From IMG/VR virus record IMGVR_UViG_3300020151_002519, positions 1 through 36,681 of that record: DNA of 36,681 nt; one strand, written 5' to 3'. The translations under genes were made by a program, and so were the position numbers. The stretch comes from a virus. Taxonomy: Duplodnaviria > Caudoviricetes. Positions 17,201 to 26,429 of this stretch are shown here, in pieces (positions within the stretch are counted from its first letter, which is position 1; each line of letters opens with the position of its first letter). The notes below the pieces were generated by a model that was not told the origin of the DNA, did not search any database, and worked only from the letters and a program-made list of their open reading frames with translations.

Positions 17201-17986
17201 TTAAGCGATGCGTTTCCAGATCTGTGCGTTGGTGCTGGCGTTGTAGTCATCGGGGCGGACGATGCCGTTGGCGGCGTCTTCGGCGGTGGTGCCGGAGAAG
17301 AGACGCCAGCTTTGCAGCTCGTCGGAGACGTAGAGGAGGACGAGGAGGCTGGTTTTGCCGACGGTGGGGATGCCGTCGAGGGCCGTGGTGCCGCCGCCAG
17401 TGAGGGCGGTGATGGCTTTGTAGTAAAGCGGCGCGCTAGGCACGGGTTGCGTGCTGCTGACGGGCGCGGTGTCGGTGTCGCGGCAGATGTCGCTCAGAAT
17501 CAGCACGGGGATCCACGGGCTGCTTTGGCGCACTCCGGCGGAGGTGACGGTTTCCACCTGGAGGTGGCAGTAAAAGCGATCGGTGCCGGCGGGCATGAGG
17601 GCGGCGAGGTCGTCGCCGCTGAGATCGAGTGTGCCGACGTAGAAGCCGCCGGGGGCGTCGGTGAGATCGGTCTGCGCGTTGTCGCTGGCGGTGGCCGGTT
17701 TGTCCCAATCGTCATCGGCGATGCGGGCAAGAGCGTCGCCATTGTGATCGTTCCACGCTTTGAGGGTGGCGGTGATCACGGTGTTGGTGGCGAGGAGCGT
17801 GACGCTGTCGTCCTCCCAGGGATCGAAAACGCGGAGTCGCAGGGTGGGCGTGTCGCCGAGCTGGAGCTGCAGCGCGCTTTCTGGGGGCATGCCAGCGCAG
17901 ATTTCACGGCCACCGAGCGGCGCATGGCCGCCCTGGCTGTTGAGGATGGCACCGGTGCGGAGATTGAGATAGGCCGTGATCGTCAC
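17201..17986 (-). CDS. Baseplate/fibre-attachment structural protein
   Basis: Located in the tail-tip block; beta-rich N-terminal domain; LTGGGTTALDGI..IVRPDDY..W motif. Confidence 0.55.
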   Translation of the reverse strand: MTITAYLNLRTGAILNSQGGHAPLGGREICAGMPPESALQLQLGDTPTLRLRVFDPWEDDSVTLLATNTVITATLKAWNDHNGDALARIADDDWDKPATASDNAQTDLTDAPGGFYVGTLDLSGDDLAALMPAGTDRFYCHLQVETVTSAGVRQSSPWIPVLILSDICRDTDTAPVSSTQPVPSAPLYYKAITALTGGGTTALDGIPTVGKTSLLVLLYVSDELQSWRLFSGTTAEDAANGIVRPDDYNASTNAQIWKRIA

Positions 17987-18001
17987 GCGTGCGCGTGGAT
18001 G

Positions 18002-18418
18002 TCAAAAAAGGCGGCTGATGCGAAAGTTCCGTTTCAGATACCAGAGGCCGTTCGCGGGCTGTGCTCCGGCCCACGGGACGTTCAGCGTGAAGGAATTGCT
18101 GCTCGTGAGATTCTGCTCCTCCTCGGCGGTGGCGGTGACGGTGCCGAAGCCTGCGACGAAGGTGTAAGTGTCCTTGGTCCATTTGATCTTCACGGGCATC
18201 AGGTAGCCCTGCACCTCGATGTCCACGGCGCTTTCTTGATTGTAGGCATTCGAGATCGTGGTGCCGGCGGTGGTGAGCGCTTTGCCACGCACGACGTTTT
18301 TGCGCTTGGCATTGAAGGTGCCAAAGGCGTCGGTGTAGGTGAACTCCGAATAGACCAGCGCCTGCCGCTGCGGAGGCGTGCGGTTGTTGCTGCTGGTGGG
18401 ATAACGGACGGGGAGCAT
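18002..18418 (-). CDS. Minor tail protein (putative)
   Basis: Synteny; T-rich beta composition. Confidence 0.5.
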   Translation of the reverse strand: MLPVRYPTSSNNRTPPQRQALVYSEFTYTDAFGTFNAKRKNVVRGKALTTAGTTISNAYNQESAVDIEVQGYLMPVKIKWTKDTYTFVAGFGTVTATAEEEQNLTSSNSFTLNVPWAGAQPANGLWYLKRNFRISRLF

Positions 18419-18430
18419 GGCGGCGGCAGA

Positions 18431-19024
18431 TCACGAATTCCACTGCACCCACACGGCGTTGGATGAGGCGCTGCCGCTGTCCTCGGCGCGGAGGCCGATG
18501 TTCCAATACTGCGTGGTGGAAAGCAGCGCGCCATTCCGCCAGCGGAAGAGCTCGATGTAGCGCTTGGTGGCGGTGTTGCTCTGCGCGGAGGTGTAGGATT
18601 CGATCGTGTAGCTGCTGCCGGTGAAGCCGGTGACGAAGCCGTTATCCGTCGTCAGCGTGAAGGTGACGACGGCATAGACGATGTTTGTGGTGCCGGTGGT
18701 GCTGACGATGGTGAGCTGCGGGCGCGGATCGGTGTTGATGCTGGTGCCGCCGATCGTTGGGTAGTTCCCATTGATGGTGCCGGGGCTGAGCGTGATGAGC
18801 TCCGCATTCACGCGCGAGGGCTGGAAGTTGTGCCATTCGCCGACGCTGCCGCCCGCGCCTCCGCCAGTCATCACAGCCTCATACGTGAAGCCGTTCGCGG
18901 TGCTTTTCAGCCGCAGACTCGGCGAGGGCTGCGGCGTGCGCTTTTTCAGCGCGAGGCTGAGCGTGCGGATGTGGTCCGCTTTCACCGGATCACCCGGCAT
19001 CGGCATGGGCAGGGTTTCAATCAT
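18431..19024 (-). CDS. Minor tail protein (putative)
   Basis: Synteny; PGDPVKADHI N-terminus; T/S/G-rich. Confidence 0.5.
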   Translation of the reverse strand: MIETLPMPMPGDPVKADHIRTLSLALKKRTPQPSPSLRLKSTANGFTYEAVMTGGGAGGSVGEWHNFQPSRVNAELITLSPGTINGNYPTIGGTSINTDPRPQLTIVSTTGTTNIVYAVVTFTLTTDNGFVTGFTGSSYTIESYTSAQSNTATKRYIELFRWRNGALLSTTQYWNIGLRAEDSGSASSNAVWVQWNS

Positions 19025-19785
19025 GGCGCGTAAAGATCCTCATCCCATTCATCGCCCTCAGGGCTGCTTTCCCATGTGGCGGTCAGCTCGAGCGCGCCGC
19101 CGTCCCAGCCATTGCCGGTGACACCCATGAAGAGCCAGTTGCCATCAATGTTTGGTGCGGGTCCGTAGGGTTGCGCGATCTTGCCGAGATTCCCGGTGAC
19201 GGTCCAATTTGTGTTCAGCTTGCGGTAGCGCCACACCCATTTCGGCTTCAGCACGCTCACGGTGCCGGATTCGATCTTGTCCGCGCACTCTTGCGCACGG
19301 GCACTACTGCTCAGCGAATCGCGCCGCGCGGTGCCCTCGCCATCGAGCACACCTGACTGGATCATCATGGCGAGGATTTGCCGGTCACTGGTGCTCAGAC
19401 CTGAATAGCGGCTGACGCGCAGGATGCTCACCGCCTCCAGGCTGGCATCGAGCTCAAAGAACTCCGTCACCGCGCTCGGCAGGCGGCCAGGATAGGCGAG
19501 GTTGCCATTTTGCACCTCCGGGCTGTCGGAGGCCACCGCCTGGCCGTAATTGTAAACGACGGTGGCCAGATTGCCCTCGTTGTAACTGATTTGAAAATTC
19601 AGCAGCGTCACCACGCTGCCCTGCACGTTGATGCTGCTGCCGATCAGTGGGTGAGTGGTCTGCGCGCGTGCCTCCTCATGCGTCATCGTTTTGATGATGC
19701 TGTGCGTGACGCCATCCGTGCCGCTGACTTGCGTCTGCGCGCCCGGATTTGTGGTGGTGATCGTGCCGTGATGGGTGGCTGCCAT
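19021..19785 (-). CDS. Tail tip/distal tail protein (putative)
   Basis: Immediately follows the tape measure gene; WDEDLY C-terminus. Confidence 0.5.
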   Translation of the reverse strand: MAATHHGTITTTNPGAQTQVSGTDGVTHSIIKTMTHEEARAQTTHPLIGSSINVQGSVVTLLNFQISYNEGNLATVVYNYGQAVASDSPEVQNGNLAYPGRLPSAVTEFFELDASLEAVSILRVSRYSGLSTSDRQILAMMIQSGVLDGEGTARRDSLSSSARAQECADKIESGTVSVLKPKWVWRYRKLNTNWTVTGNLGKIAQPYGPAPNIDGNWLFMGVTGNGWDGGALELTATWESSPEGDEWDEDLYAP

Positions 19786-19793
19786 GAGGAAAC

Positions 19794-21284
19794 TCAGTTG
19801 TAGGCGAAGCGCTGCGCTTTCAGCGCGGCTTCGATGCTTTTGAGGGTGGCGTTGGAGGTGTCGAGCTTCGCGGCCTGCTTCTCAAGGATGGCGCTTTGGC
19901 GCATCATCTCGGAGATCTGGCGGCTCGCGCCATTCGTGAGCGGATTCACGCTGCGCCCGCGACCAAAGGACGTGTCCACATCCCCACGCAGCGGCGAGAA
20001 GGCAGCCTCCCCGAGCGCGCTGGCGCGGCTTTGCAGGCCTTTGCTCTGCTCCATGAGCACATTCGCCATCGCTTTCGCTGCGGGCTCCATGAGGCGGGCG
20101 AGCTCGGTCATGATGCCGCTGAACTGGCCAAAGAAACCGCTGCCGGTGCGCTCGCCTGGAGGTTTTGTGAATGCGGGCTTTCCCTGCGGCGGCGCGACAT
20201 AGAACGGATCAGGCGAGCCATCGGGCAAACGGCCGCTCGGCATGTTGCCGAGGAAGCGCGCAAACGGATCAGGCGGCGCGCGGAATCGATTGATGAGGCC
20301 GCCATTGGCAAAACGCGCCCCACCTCCGCGGGCTTTTTCATTGCGGGCCGATTGCATCGCCTCAAACGCCGCGCCTTTGGCTTCTGCGAGGCTCATGCCC
20401 TCGGACCACAGATCAAAGGCCAGCATCGCGCCGCTGATCTCTTCGCTGAGACTTTGCACCACGTCTTTGATGTCGCGGAAGGTGCTCATCGCTCCAGCGC
20501 CCACATCGCGCAGCGTCGCGCCCATTTCGCGGATCGTGGCGATGTTGTCATTGATCGCACCGGAGAGCGAGGATGCGCCATCCACGCCTTGATTCACCAG
20601 CCCGCTCAAAAACGCATCCGTCGCCAGCATGATCGCCGTGCGGAAGTCGCTCATCTTTTCATCCAGCCCCGCCGTGGCGCGGTCCAGGTTGCTAAATCCG
20701 CCGATCAGCGCGCTGACGAAATCCTCCGCGTCGATCTTCATCTTTTGCAGCGTCTCGGTATCTGCGGTGCCAAAGACATCCTTCATCACGGCGCGCACCT
20801 GCGGCACGCGCTCGGCGATTTGATTGATCTCCTCGGCGCTGACTTTACCCTTGGAAATGATCTGCGTGAGGGCGAGCACCACGCCCTCGAGATCCGCGCT
20901 TGTGCCGCCAGCGAGGGAGAGCGCATTGCCCATCTCGATGATGCTGGCCTTGCTCATCGCCGCGCTCATGCCGACGCTGCGCAGTTTGATGTCAGCCTTT
21001 ACGGCCTGCTCAAAGTCCACGCCGGGTAGCTGTGCGGCCTCCTGGAGCTCTCGCAGGCGGGCCTCCGCGCCCTGCGCGCTGCCCTCCAGCGTGGTCATGC
21101 CGCGGCGGAGTCGGTCCATGCTGGATACCGTATCCAGCGCCTGCTTTGCCAGCACCGCAAAGCCGATGCCCGCAAACGCCGCCTGCATCTGCCCCGCGAC
21201 GCGATTGACGCTCTGAGGCAGCCCATTGACGGTTTTTTGGAAGGCGGCGGCATCCGCGCCGATTTCGACGGTGACTTGTGACAT
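19794..21284 (-). CDS. Tape measure protein (short, 496 aa)
   Basis: VEIGAD N-terminus; ALTQIISKGKVSAEEINQIAER tape-measure domain; Ala-rich helical. Confidence 0.88.
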   Translation of the reverse strand: MSQVTVEIGADAAAFQKTVNGLPQSVNRVAGQMQAAFAGIGFAVLAKQALDTVSSMDRLRRGMTTLEGSAQGAEARLRELQEAAQLPGVDFEQAVKADIKLRSVGMSAAMSKASIIEMGNALSLAGGTSADLEGVVLALTQIISKGKVSAEEINQIAERVPQVRAVMKDVFGTADTETLQKMKIDAEDFVSALIGGFSNLDRATAGLDEKMSDFRTAIMLATDAFLSGLVNQGVDGASSLSGAINDNIATIREMGATLRDVGAGAMSTFRDIKDVVQSLSEEISGAMLAFDLWSEGMSLAEAKGAAFEAMQSARNEKARGGGARFANGGLINRFRAPPDPFARFLGNMPSGRLPDGSPDPFYVAPPQGKPAFTKPPGERTGSGFFGQFSGIMTELARLMEPAAKAMANVLMEQSKGLQSRASALGEAAFSPLRGDVDTSFGRGRSVNPLTNGASRQISEMMRQSAILEKQAAKLDTSNATLKSIEAALKAQRFAYN

Positions 21285-21354
21285 TCACCCAGCGGCGGAG
21301 TCAAACACCTGCCTCCGGCGGAATGGCGAAACCAGAATGAGGAATGAGGAATGC

Positions 21355-21415
21355 GCCGAACCGGGACGCTGCGCCGAACTGAGCCTAGGCTCAGTCGGCG
21401 AGCTGGGTGTTCCTC
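21355..21415 (+). mobile_element. attC-like site A
   Basis: GCCGAAC..GCT(G)CGCCG(A)ACTGAGC..GCTCAGTCGGCGAGC..GTTCCTC: imperfect palindrome with AAC/GTT ends and two unpaired bases. Confidence 0.65.
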
Positions 21416-21420
21416 ATTCC

Positions 21421-21675
21421 TCATTCCGCCTCCGGCGGCGGCCACTCCAGATCGAGATCCAAAAGCGGCGGCGGGGCATCGAGGTCGATGCGGGGGCGGC
21501 CGTGGACTTTGTAGGTGTGCAGGCCGTTGCGGCGCATTTCGGCGTGGACAAAGCCGAGCGTTTGCCAGATCGGCCATTCCCATCCGACGGCGCGCGGGCT
21601 GTGCCCGTGGCGCACGCCATGCCAGATCAAGGCGACTCCGGGGTCTGGCTCGTCGGAGTCGTCTAGTCCAAAGGG
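21421..21675 (-). CDS. Tail assembly chaperone, frameshifted T segment (gpGT-like)
   Basis: The -1 frame opens at slippery CCCTTTG (21669-21675) and reads [14 protein letters not shown]. Confidence 0.7.
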   Translation of the reverse strand, partial: PFGLDDSDEPDPGVALIWHGVRHGHSPRAVGWEWPIWQTLGFVHAEMRRNGLHTYKVHGRPRIDLDAPPPLLDLDLEWPPPEAE

Positions 21676-21986
21676 CTGCCACCCTCGCTTTCGACCTCCA
21701 CAAACGCGGCGCGCATGCGACCGAGCTCCGCTGCCATACGCTTCCACAGCGGCGGCAGCGCGTCCATGGCCAATTCATGCCCATGCCGGCGGATGGCGGC
21801 GCGCAGCGCGTCCAGATCGGCCTCCAAGGCCTCGATCTGCTCAATGGGCTGCGTGTGGACAAAGTGCCACATCACCGCGGCCTGCTGCATGGCGCTGAAT
21901 CCCTGCGCCTCGGTGACGATCATGGGGCACTCCAGTTTGTTCAGCAGCGCGTAGCTGGCGGCGGAGAGGGGGCGGAGAGGGGGCAT
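21663..21986 (-). CDS. Tail assembly chaperone (gpG-like)
   Basis: 107 aa upstream of the tape measure gene; slippery heptamer just before the stop. Confidence 0.75.
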   Translation of the reverse strand: MPPLRPLSAASYALLNKLECPMIVTEAQGFSAMQQAAVMWHFVHTQPIEQIEALEADLDALRAAIRRHGHELAMDALPPLWKRMAAELGRMRAAFVEVESEGGSPLD

Positions 21987-22031
21987 GCGGGCGGAAATTG
22001 AAAAATTGAAAAATCGAAAATGGAGATTGGC

Positions 22032-22436
22032 TCAGCATTTGGTGATCAGTTTGTCTTCGAGTGCTTTGAGGCGCTGCTCGAGGCTGCGATCGGTTTCAGA
22101 GGGGCGGCGGGGGCGTTTGACGGCGGACTCGAAGGATTGCCAGCGCATGGCGATGCGGTCGCCTCCATCGAGGTGCCCAGCATCGTAGATGGCGGTGATC
22201 ACGTCATCGAGATCGTCGCCGGGCTCCACGTGGATGTGGATGTGCGGGAAATGCGTCTGACGGAGAAACGAGACGGTTTTGCTGTGATCGTCATGGCAGA
22301 TGGTGCCCGCTTCACGGAAGCCGCGATCGTGCAGGAATTCGACCACGCTGGGCTTGTAGCCGCGACTGACGAGTTCGCGGTGCTCCGCATCGGTCATGCG
22401 TTTTTCATCGGCGATGAGTTGTGAGAGTGCGGCCAT
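22032..22436 (-). CDS. Hypothetical protein
   Basis: ORF in the tail operon; start chosen at ATG 22436 to avoid overlap. Confidence 0.55.
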   Translation of the reverse strand: MAALSQLIADEKRMTDAEHRELVSRGYKPSVVEFLHDRGFREAGTICHDDHSKTVSFLRQTHFPHIHIHVEPGDDLDDVITAIYDAGHLDGGDRIAMRWQSFESAVKRPRRPSETDRSLEQRLKALEDKLITKC

Positions 22437-22440
22437 GGCT

Positions 22441-22866
22441 TCAGCGTTTGAGGATTCGTAGCATCGTCTCGCGCGTGGCGCGCGGGTCATTCGGGGAGAG
22501 TAGGGCGACTTTGCCGCCGCGGCCGCGCACCACCATCATCTGGTGCTGCGGGTCCTTGACGTGATCGACGGCGATGTTGAGGTTCTCGCAGAAGGCTTTG
22601 AGGTAGGCGAGCGGGTGCTCGGGGTTGTTCAGCATCCAGTTCGCGCTGTGCCAGGCCTCCATCATCTCGCGTGTTTTGAATTGGCCGCACTTGCTCACGG
22701 GCGCGAGCGTCCAGGTCATGCGCGGTTTGCCATCGGGCGTTTCGCCGCTGTAAATGGCGGGCATTTCCTGCGGCTCGATGCCGAGGGTGACGAGGGCGAC
22801 AAAAAGCCGCGTGTCCGATGTTTGAGGCGGACGCGCGGCTTGGATGAATCGTTCAGATGGGGGCAT
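22441..22866 (-). CDS. Hypothetical protein
   Basis: 141-aa ORF after the major tail gene. Confidence 0.6.
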   Translation of the reverse strand: MPPSERFIQAARPPQTSDTRLFVALVTLGIEPQEMPAIYSGETPDGKPRMTWTLAPVSKCGQFKTREMMEAWHSANWMLNNPEHPLAYLKAFCENLNIAVDHVKDPQHQMMVVRGRGGKVALLSPNDPRATRETMLRILKR

Positions 22867-22890
22867 ATCTCGGGGAAGGCGGGTGAACGG

Positions 22891-23271
22891 TTAGGTGACG
22901 TTCATGAAGGGCGAGGCGAGCAGCTGCACCGCGAAGGTGTGGAAGTCCGCGCTCTGCCGGCGGCGGGTGACGCCGGTGACGACGGTGTCGCCAAAGCCAG
23001 TGGAGGGTGCGCCGCGGTAGAAATCGGACGGCGCATTGGCCAGCACCAGATTGGCGGCCATGCGGCTGGAGAAGGCACTGGAGGAGGGCACCAGCGCCTC
23101 GAGGCTCACGGCGAGCTGATCGCCCCACATGGCCATGCCGACTTTTTCACCGGCTTCATCGATGACCCACTTGTTTTCCGAAGTGAAGGCTTCCTCCTGC
23201 GACTGCAGGATCATGCCGGTTTGCGCTGTGACTCCGAGGACGGAGGCGGTTCCGAGAAAAGTGGCGGCCAT
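22891..23271 (-). CDS. Major tail (tube) protein, putative
   Basis: 126 aa starting MAATFLG; synteny between tail terminator and chaperone. Confidence 0.65.
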   Translation of the reverse strand: MAATFLGTASVLGVTAQTGMILQSQEEAFTSENKWVIDEAGEKVGMAMWGDQLAVSLEALVPSSSAFSSRMAANLVLANAPSDFYRGAPSTGFGDTVVTGVTRRRQSADFHTFAVQLLASPFMNVT

Positions 23272-23358
23272 GGCGAGTAGTAAGGGTGGAGGGTGTGATG
23301 GGCGCGGGGTGTCAAACACTCGCGCCCTGCGCGGAATGACGAATGATGAATGACGAAT

Positions 23359-23417
23359 GGCGAACGTCCGCTGCGCCAAACTTCGCCAAGGCTCAGTTGG
23401 CGAGCTCTTTGTTCGTC
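23359..23417 (+). mobile_element. attC-like site B (59 bp)
   Basis: GGCGAAC..GCT(G)CGCCA(A)ACT..AGTTGGCGAGC..GTTCGTC; same family as sites A and C with a compensatory base-pair change. Confidence 0.6.
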
Positions 23418-23424
23418 ATTCCAG

Positions 23425-23874
23425 CTACACGCTGGCCCCTTGCGCGGTGATTTGCAGGCCGTGGAGGGTCTGGTGGGTGCCGTCATCGGCGGCGGACTCG
23501 AAGCGGAGGCCGGTGAACTGCACGTGGTAGCAGTGGAGGCCGTCAGCGGCGCTGAGGGCGGTCTGCACGGCGGCGAGATCGTGCAGCCAGCTGGTGAGCT
23601 TCGCGGCGGCGGTTTTGTGCGCGGCGATGGTGGTGTCGCGCTGGCTGTGATAAACGATTTCCACGGCGCAATCCATCACGCCAGGCAGATCGATGGTGCG
23701 CGGGCTCATGGCATCGCAGCTCACGACGATGCGCGGCGTCTGGAGCGTGACATCGTCAAAGCTGGCCACGATCTGCGTGGTGCCGAGCCCGGCATCGCTG
23801 CGCACACTGATGAGGTAGGCGGCGAGGGCGGACTCGAGCTTGTGATTGAGCGGGGTGTGGTCGGTGTCGGGCAT
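23425..23874 (-). CDS. Tail terminator/completion protein (putative)
   Basis: 149 aa; PRIVV motif; synteny. Confidence 0.6.
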   Translation of the reverse strand: MPDTDHTPLNHKLESALAAYLISVRSDAGLGTTQIVASFDDVTLQTPRIVVSCDAMSPRTIDLPGVMDCAVEIVYHSQRDTTIAAHKTAAAKLTSWLHDLAAVQTALSAADGLHCYHVQFTGLRFESAADDGTHQTLHGLQITAQGASV

Positions 23875-23893
23875 GGCGAAGGAGCACGCGGTG

Positions 23894-24700
23894 TCATTTC
23901 AGTTTGCGCTTCAGCACCGCGGTGATCTCGGCTTTGATGCGGGCGGCGAGGCGTTTGCGGCGCTTGTTGCTGTCGAGCACGAATTCGGCGCGGCGTTTGA
24001 GATCGGCGTCGGTGGCGTAGCTGACGGTGTTGGTCATGCGCACGCGGTAGCTGTCGGCTCCGATGAGGATCTGGCAGGCTCCGCTGGCGTGGCGTTTGGC
24101 GATGGCGGGCAGGCGCACCTTCAGCTTCGCCGCGGCCTCGGCCCAGGCTCCGGCGAGGATGCCGAGCTTTGCCTGCTGGAAAGTGACGAATTCCTCAAAC
24201 GCGGGGCGCGGGATGACGGGCGCGCGAAAGAGCGCCCAGTTGCCTTCCTTTTGCAGCTTGATCGGCCGGGCGCGGATGCGGCCGCGCACAAAGGCGGCGC
24301 GGTGATGGGCGCGGAGCTGGTCCACCGTGGCCCCTGGCTGGAAATACACGCGCGGGCACCCGACGATGCTGCCATCGTCATCGCGCCAGAGTCGCACGTA
24401 TTCGCCGATGCCGGGATTCTTTGCCGCGCGGAGCATCACAAAGGGCTGCATCGGCACAAAGAGCCGGTGCGCATCGGCGCGGATTTTGGCGAGGCCCTGC
24501 TGCACGGCTCGCTCGCCTTTGCTGCCACTCATGAGCAGCGCTTTCTGGCTGCCCGGTGGCGTGATGGCGACGATGTCGCGCACGAAGCCCATGGCATCGG
24601 TGCGCACGGTTTTTTCGAGGATGGCCTGCTTCTGCGTGGCGCTAAAGCTCTGAAACGCCGCTTTGAGCTTGCCAGCGTCAATGCGGATGCGGGGTTTCAT
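23894..24700 (-). CDS. Neck/tail completion protein (HK97 gp10-like position)
   Basis: Basic protein; TPP and MTNTVSYA motifs; synteny. Confidence 0.55.
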   Translation of the reverse strand: MKPRIRIDAGKLKAAFQSFSATQKQAILEKTVRTDAMGFVRDIVAITPPGSQKALLMSGSKGERAVQQGLAKIRADAHRLFVPMQPFVMLRAAKNPGIGEYVRLWRDDDGSIVGCPRVYFQPGATVDQLRAHHRAAFVRGRIRARPIKLQKEGNWALFRAPVIPRPAFEEFVTFQQAKLGILAGAWAEAAAKLKVRLPAIAKRHASGACQILIGADSYRVRMTNTVSYATDADLKRRAEFVLDSNKRRKRLAARIKAEITAVLKRKLK

Positions 24701-24706
24701 GGCGGA

Positions 24707-25339
24707 TCAGCCTTTGATGTCGATCGCCATGACCAGGTGGGCGATGGCGGGGATGACGGCGGTGGCCGTCGCGCCATCGGTGCAGGCGATGGTCATACGG
24801 ACATCGAGCACATCGCCCGCGGCGAGGCCGGCGGCGTTTACTTCGAAGGTTTTGGCGGCGAAGGTGGTGCTGTTGATCGTGGTGGCGCTGGTGGTGACCA
24901 GATCGCTGCCGGTGACGCCGCCGGATTTGTTGATCTCATAGGCCTCAAAGTCCACGGTGCAGCTCGTATCAGCCGCGGTGGTGATCATGCCGCCATGCGC
25001 GACGATGCGCACCGTTTCGCCGCTGACATACTCCGGCGGGAGTGTGTAGAGGAAGCGCGCGCGGCGCGTGGTCGCGCCTGCGGCTTTCACATCGCCCGCG
25101 GTGATGTAGGGCGCATTGGTGCCGTAGGTGCCGCCGCTGCTGATGCCGAGATCGTCGCTGCCAGCGGTGCCGATGGCCGTGGCGAAGGCATCCCACACGC
25201 GGAGCTGCGAAAACGGAATAGGGATCTGCACTTCATTGTCCTGCGCCAGCTCGCCCCGAGCACGGGCGGGCAAAAGAGAACCAGACACGCGGAGCGAACC
25301 GGCGATTTCGACGTCATCAGGAAAGCGAGTAGCAGCCAT
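24707..25339 (-). CDS. Virion structural protein (decoration/collar-like)
   Basis: T/A/G-rich beta protein in the neck block. Confidence 0.5.
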   Translation of the reverse strand: MAATRFPDDVEIAGSLRVSGSLLPARARGELAQDNEVQIPIPFSQLRVWDAFATAIGTAGSDDLGISSGGTYGTNAPYITAGDVKAAGATTRRARFLYTLPPEYVSGETVRIVAHGGMITTAADTSCTVDFEAYEINKSGGVTGSDLVTTSATTINSTTFAAKTFEVNAAGLAAGDVLDVRMTIACTDGATATAVIPAIAHLVMAIDIKG

Positions 25340-25362
25340 GCACGCCGCCGGGTGTCAAATCC

Positions 25363-25719
25363 TCACGCCACGGCCTGCTCGGCCTCGATGGTCCACATCG
25401 TCCGCGTGGGGTCTTCCTCGGCGCGTTTCACGCGGTAGGCCCGCGATGAGCTGCCGCGGGTGACGGTGAGGGGCTGGCGCTTCACGTTGCCGGTGGTGCT
25501 GTCCATGAGATCCGCATCGGTGAGCGAGCCAAAGGGCAGCATGCAGGTCACTTTGCGCCCCTGGATGAATCCGCCGCGCGCATCCTCCATGGGGCCGCGA
25601 CTTTCAACCGCGCCACCACATGTGATGGTTTTTCCGGCGAGGGTGATGCTGGCCGGATGCAGCGCGGCGGTGGTTTGCAGGCTGCGGCGCGCGGCCGCCG
25701 CGATGGCAGTCTGAGTCAT
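25363..25719 (-). CDS. Head-tail joining/head closure protein (gpFII-like)
   Basis: 118-aa beta-rich protein with YRV motif; synteny. Confidence 0.55.
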   Translation of the reverse strand: MTQTAIAAAARRSLQTTAALHPASITLAGKTITCGGAVESRGPMEDARGGFIQGRKVTCMLPFGSLTDADLMDSTTGNVKRQPLTVTRGSSSRAYRVKRAEEDPTRTMWTIEAEQAVA

Positions 25720-25736
25720 GCGCGGGTGGCGATGTC

Positions 25737-25788
25737 AAAAAAACAGACCCGCCGCGCCTCCCAACCATGAAGAGCGCGACGGGTCTGT
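25737..25788 (-). terminator. Intrinsic terminator after the glycosyltransferases
   Basis: ACAGACCCG..CGGGTCTGT stem followed by a U-tract on the minus strand. Confidence 0.75.
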
Positions 25789-25826
25789 GAGCAACCAAAC
25801 CACAGCGAGGAAGCGCTGGGATGACG

Positions 25827-26429
25827 CTACGATGGAGATGTCAATTCCGGCGCGAGCGTGGTGCGCGCGTCGTGATGATAAAAATGCAGAACGTGCGGGA
25901 TGTGATGCGCCTGCGTGACGTGCATGCGCGCCTGCTTCACCCAAACCGCATCCTCGCCGTAATTCGTATCGAGGAATTGGCAGTGCGCGATGCGATCACG
26001 CCGCCACGCGCAGACGTGCCATGGGCCGCGGATGAGCTCTTGATCATCGGGACCGTCGATCTGCAGGTGCTGATCGGAGGCACCGTGCTGGAAGGTGACG
26101 TTGAAGGGCTTGCCATTGTAAGTGGCGCGCTGCTCGAAGGTGATGACGTGGGCCTCGGGGTGCTTCTCGATGGCCTTGAGCAGTGCGGGCACGTAGTTGG
26201 CACTCACGGCATCATCGTCATCGACGAAGGCGATGTATTGACCGCGCGCGGCATCGAGTAGCGCCTGACGTTTCAGGCCGACGCTGCGGTGGCGGTTGTC
26301 GTAGAGCACGAGGTGCTCCACGGCCCATGGCGGCGAGATCTGCGCGGCGATGTGCTGCACCAGGTCTTGGCATTGCTTGACGCGTTCCCAGCAGGCCGGG
26401 GTGAGGATGGAGAGGAGAGGTGGTTTCAT
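25827..26429 (-). CDS. GT2-family glycosyltransferase
   Basis: LSILTP, G.KRQALLDAARGQYIAFVDDDD, GED motifs. Confidence 0.9.
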   Translation of the reverse strand: MKPPLLSILTPACWERVKQCQDLVQHIAAQISPPWAVEHLVLYDNRHRSVGLKRQALLDAARGQYIAFVDDDDAVSANYVPALLKAIEKHPEAHVITFEQRATYNGKPFNVTFQHGASDQHLQIDGPDDQELIRGPWHVCAWRRDRIAHCQFLDTNYGEDAVWVKQARMHVTQAHHIPHVLHFYHHDARTTLAPELTSPS

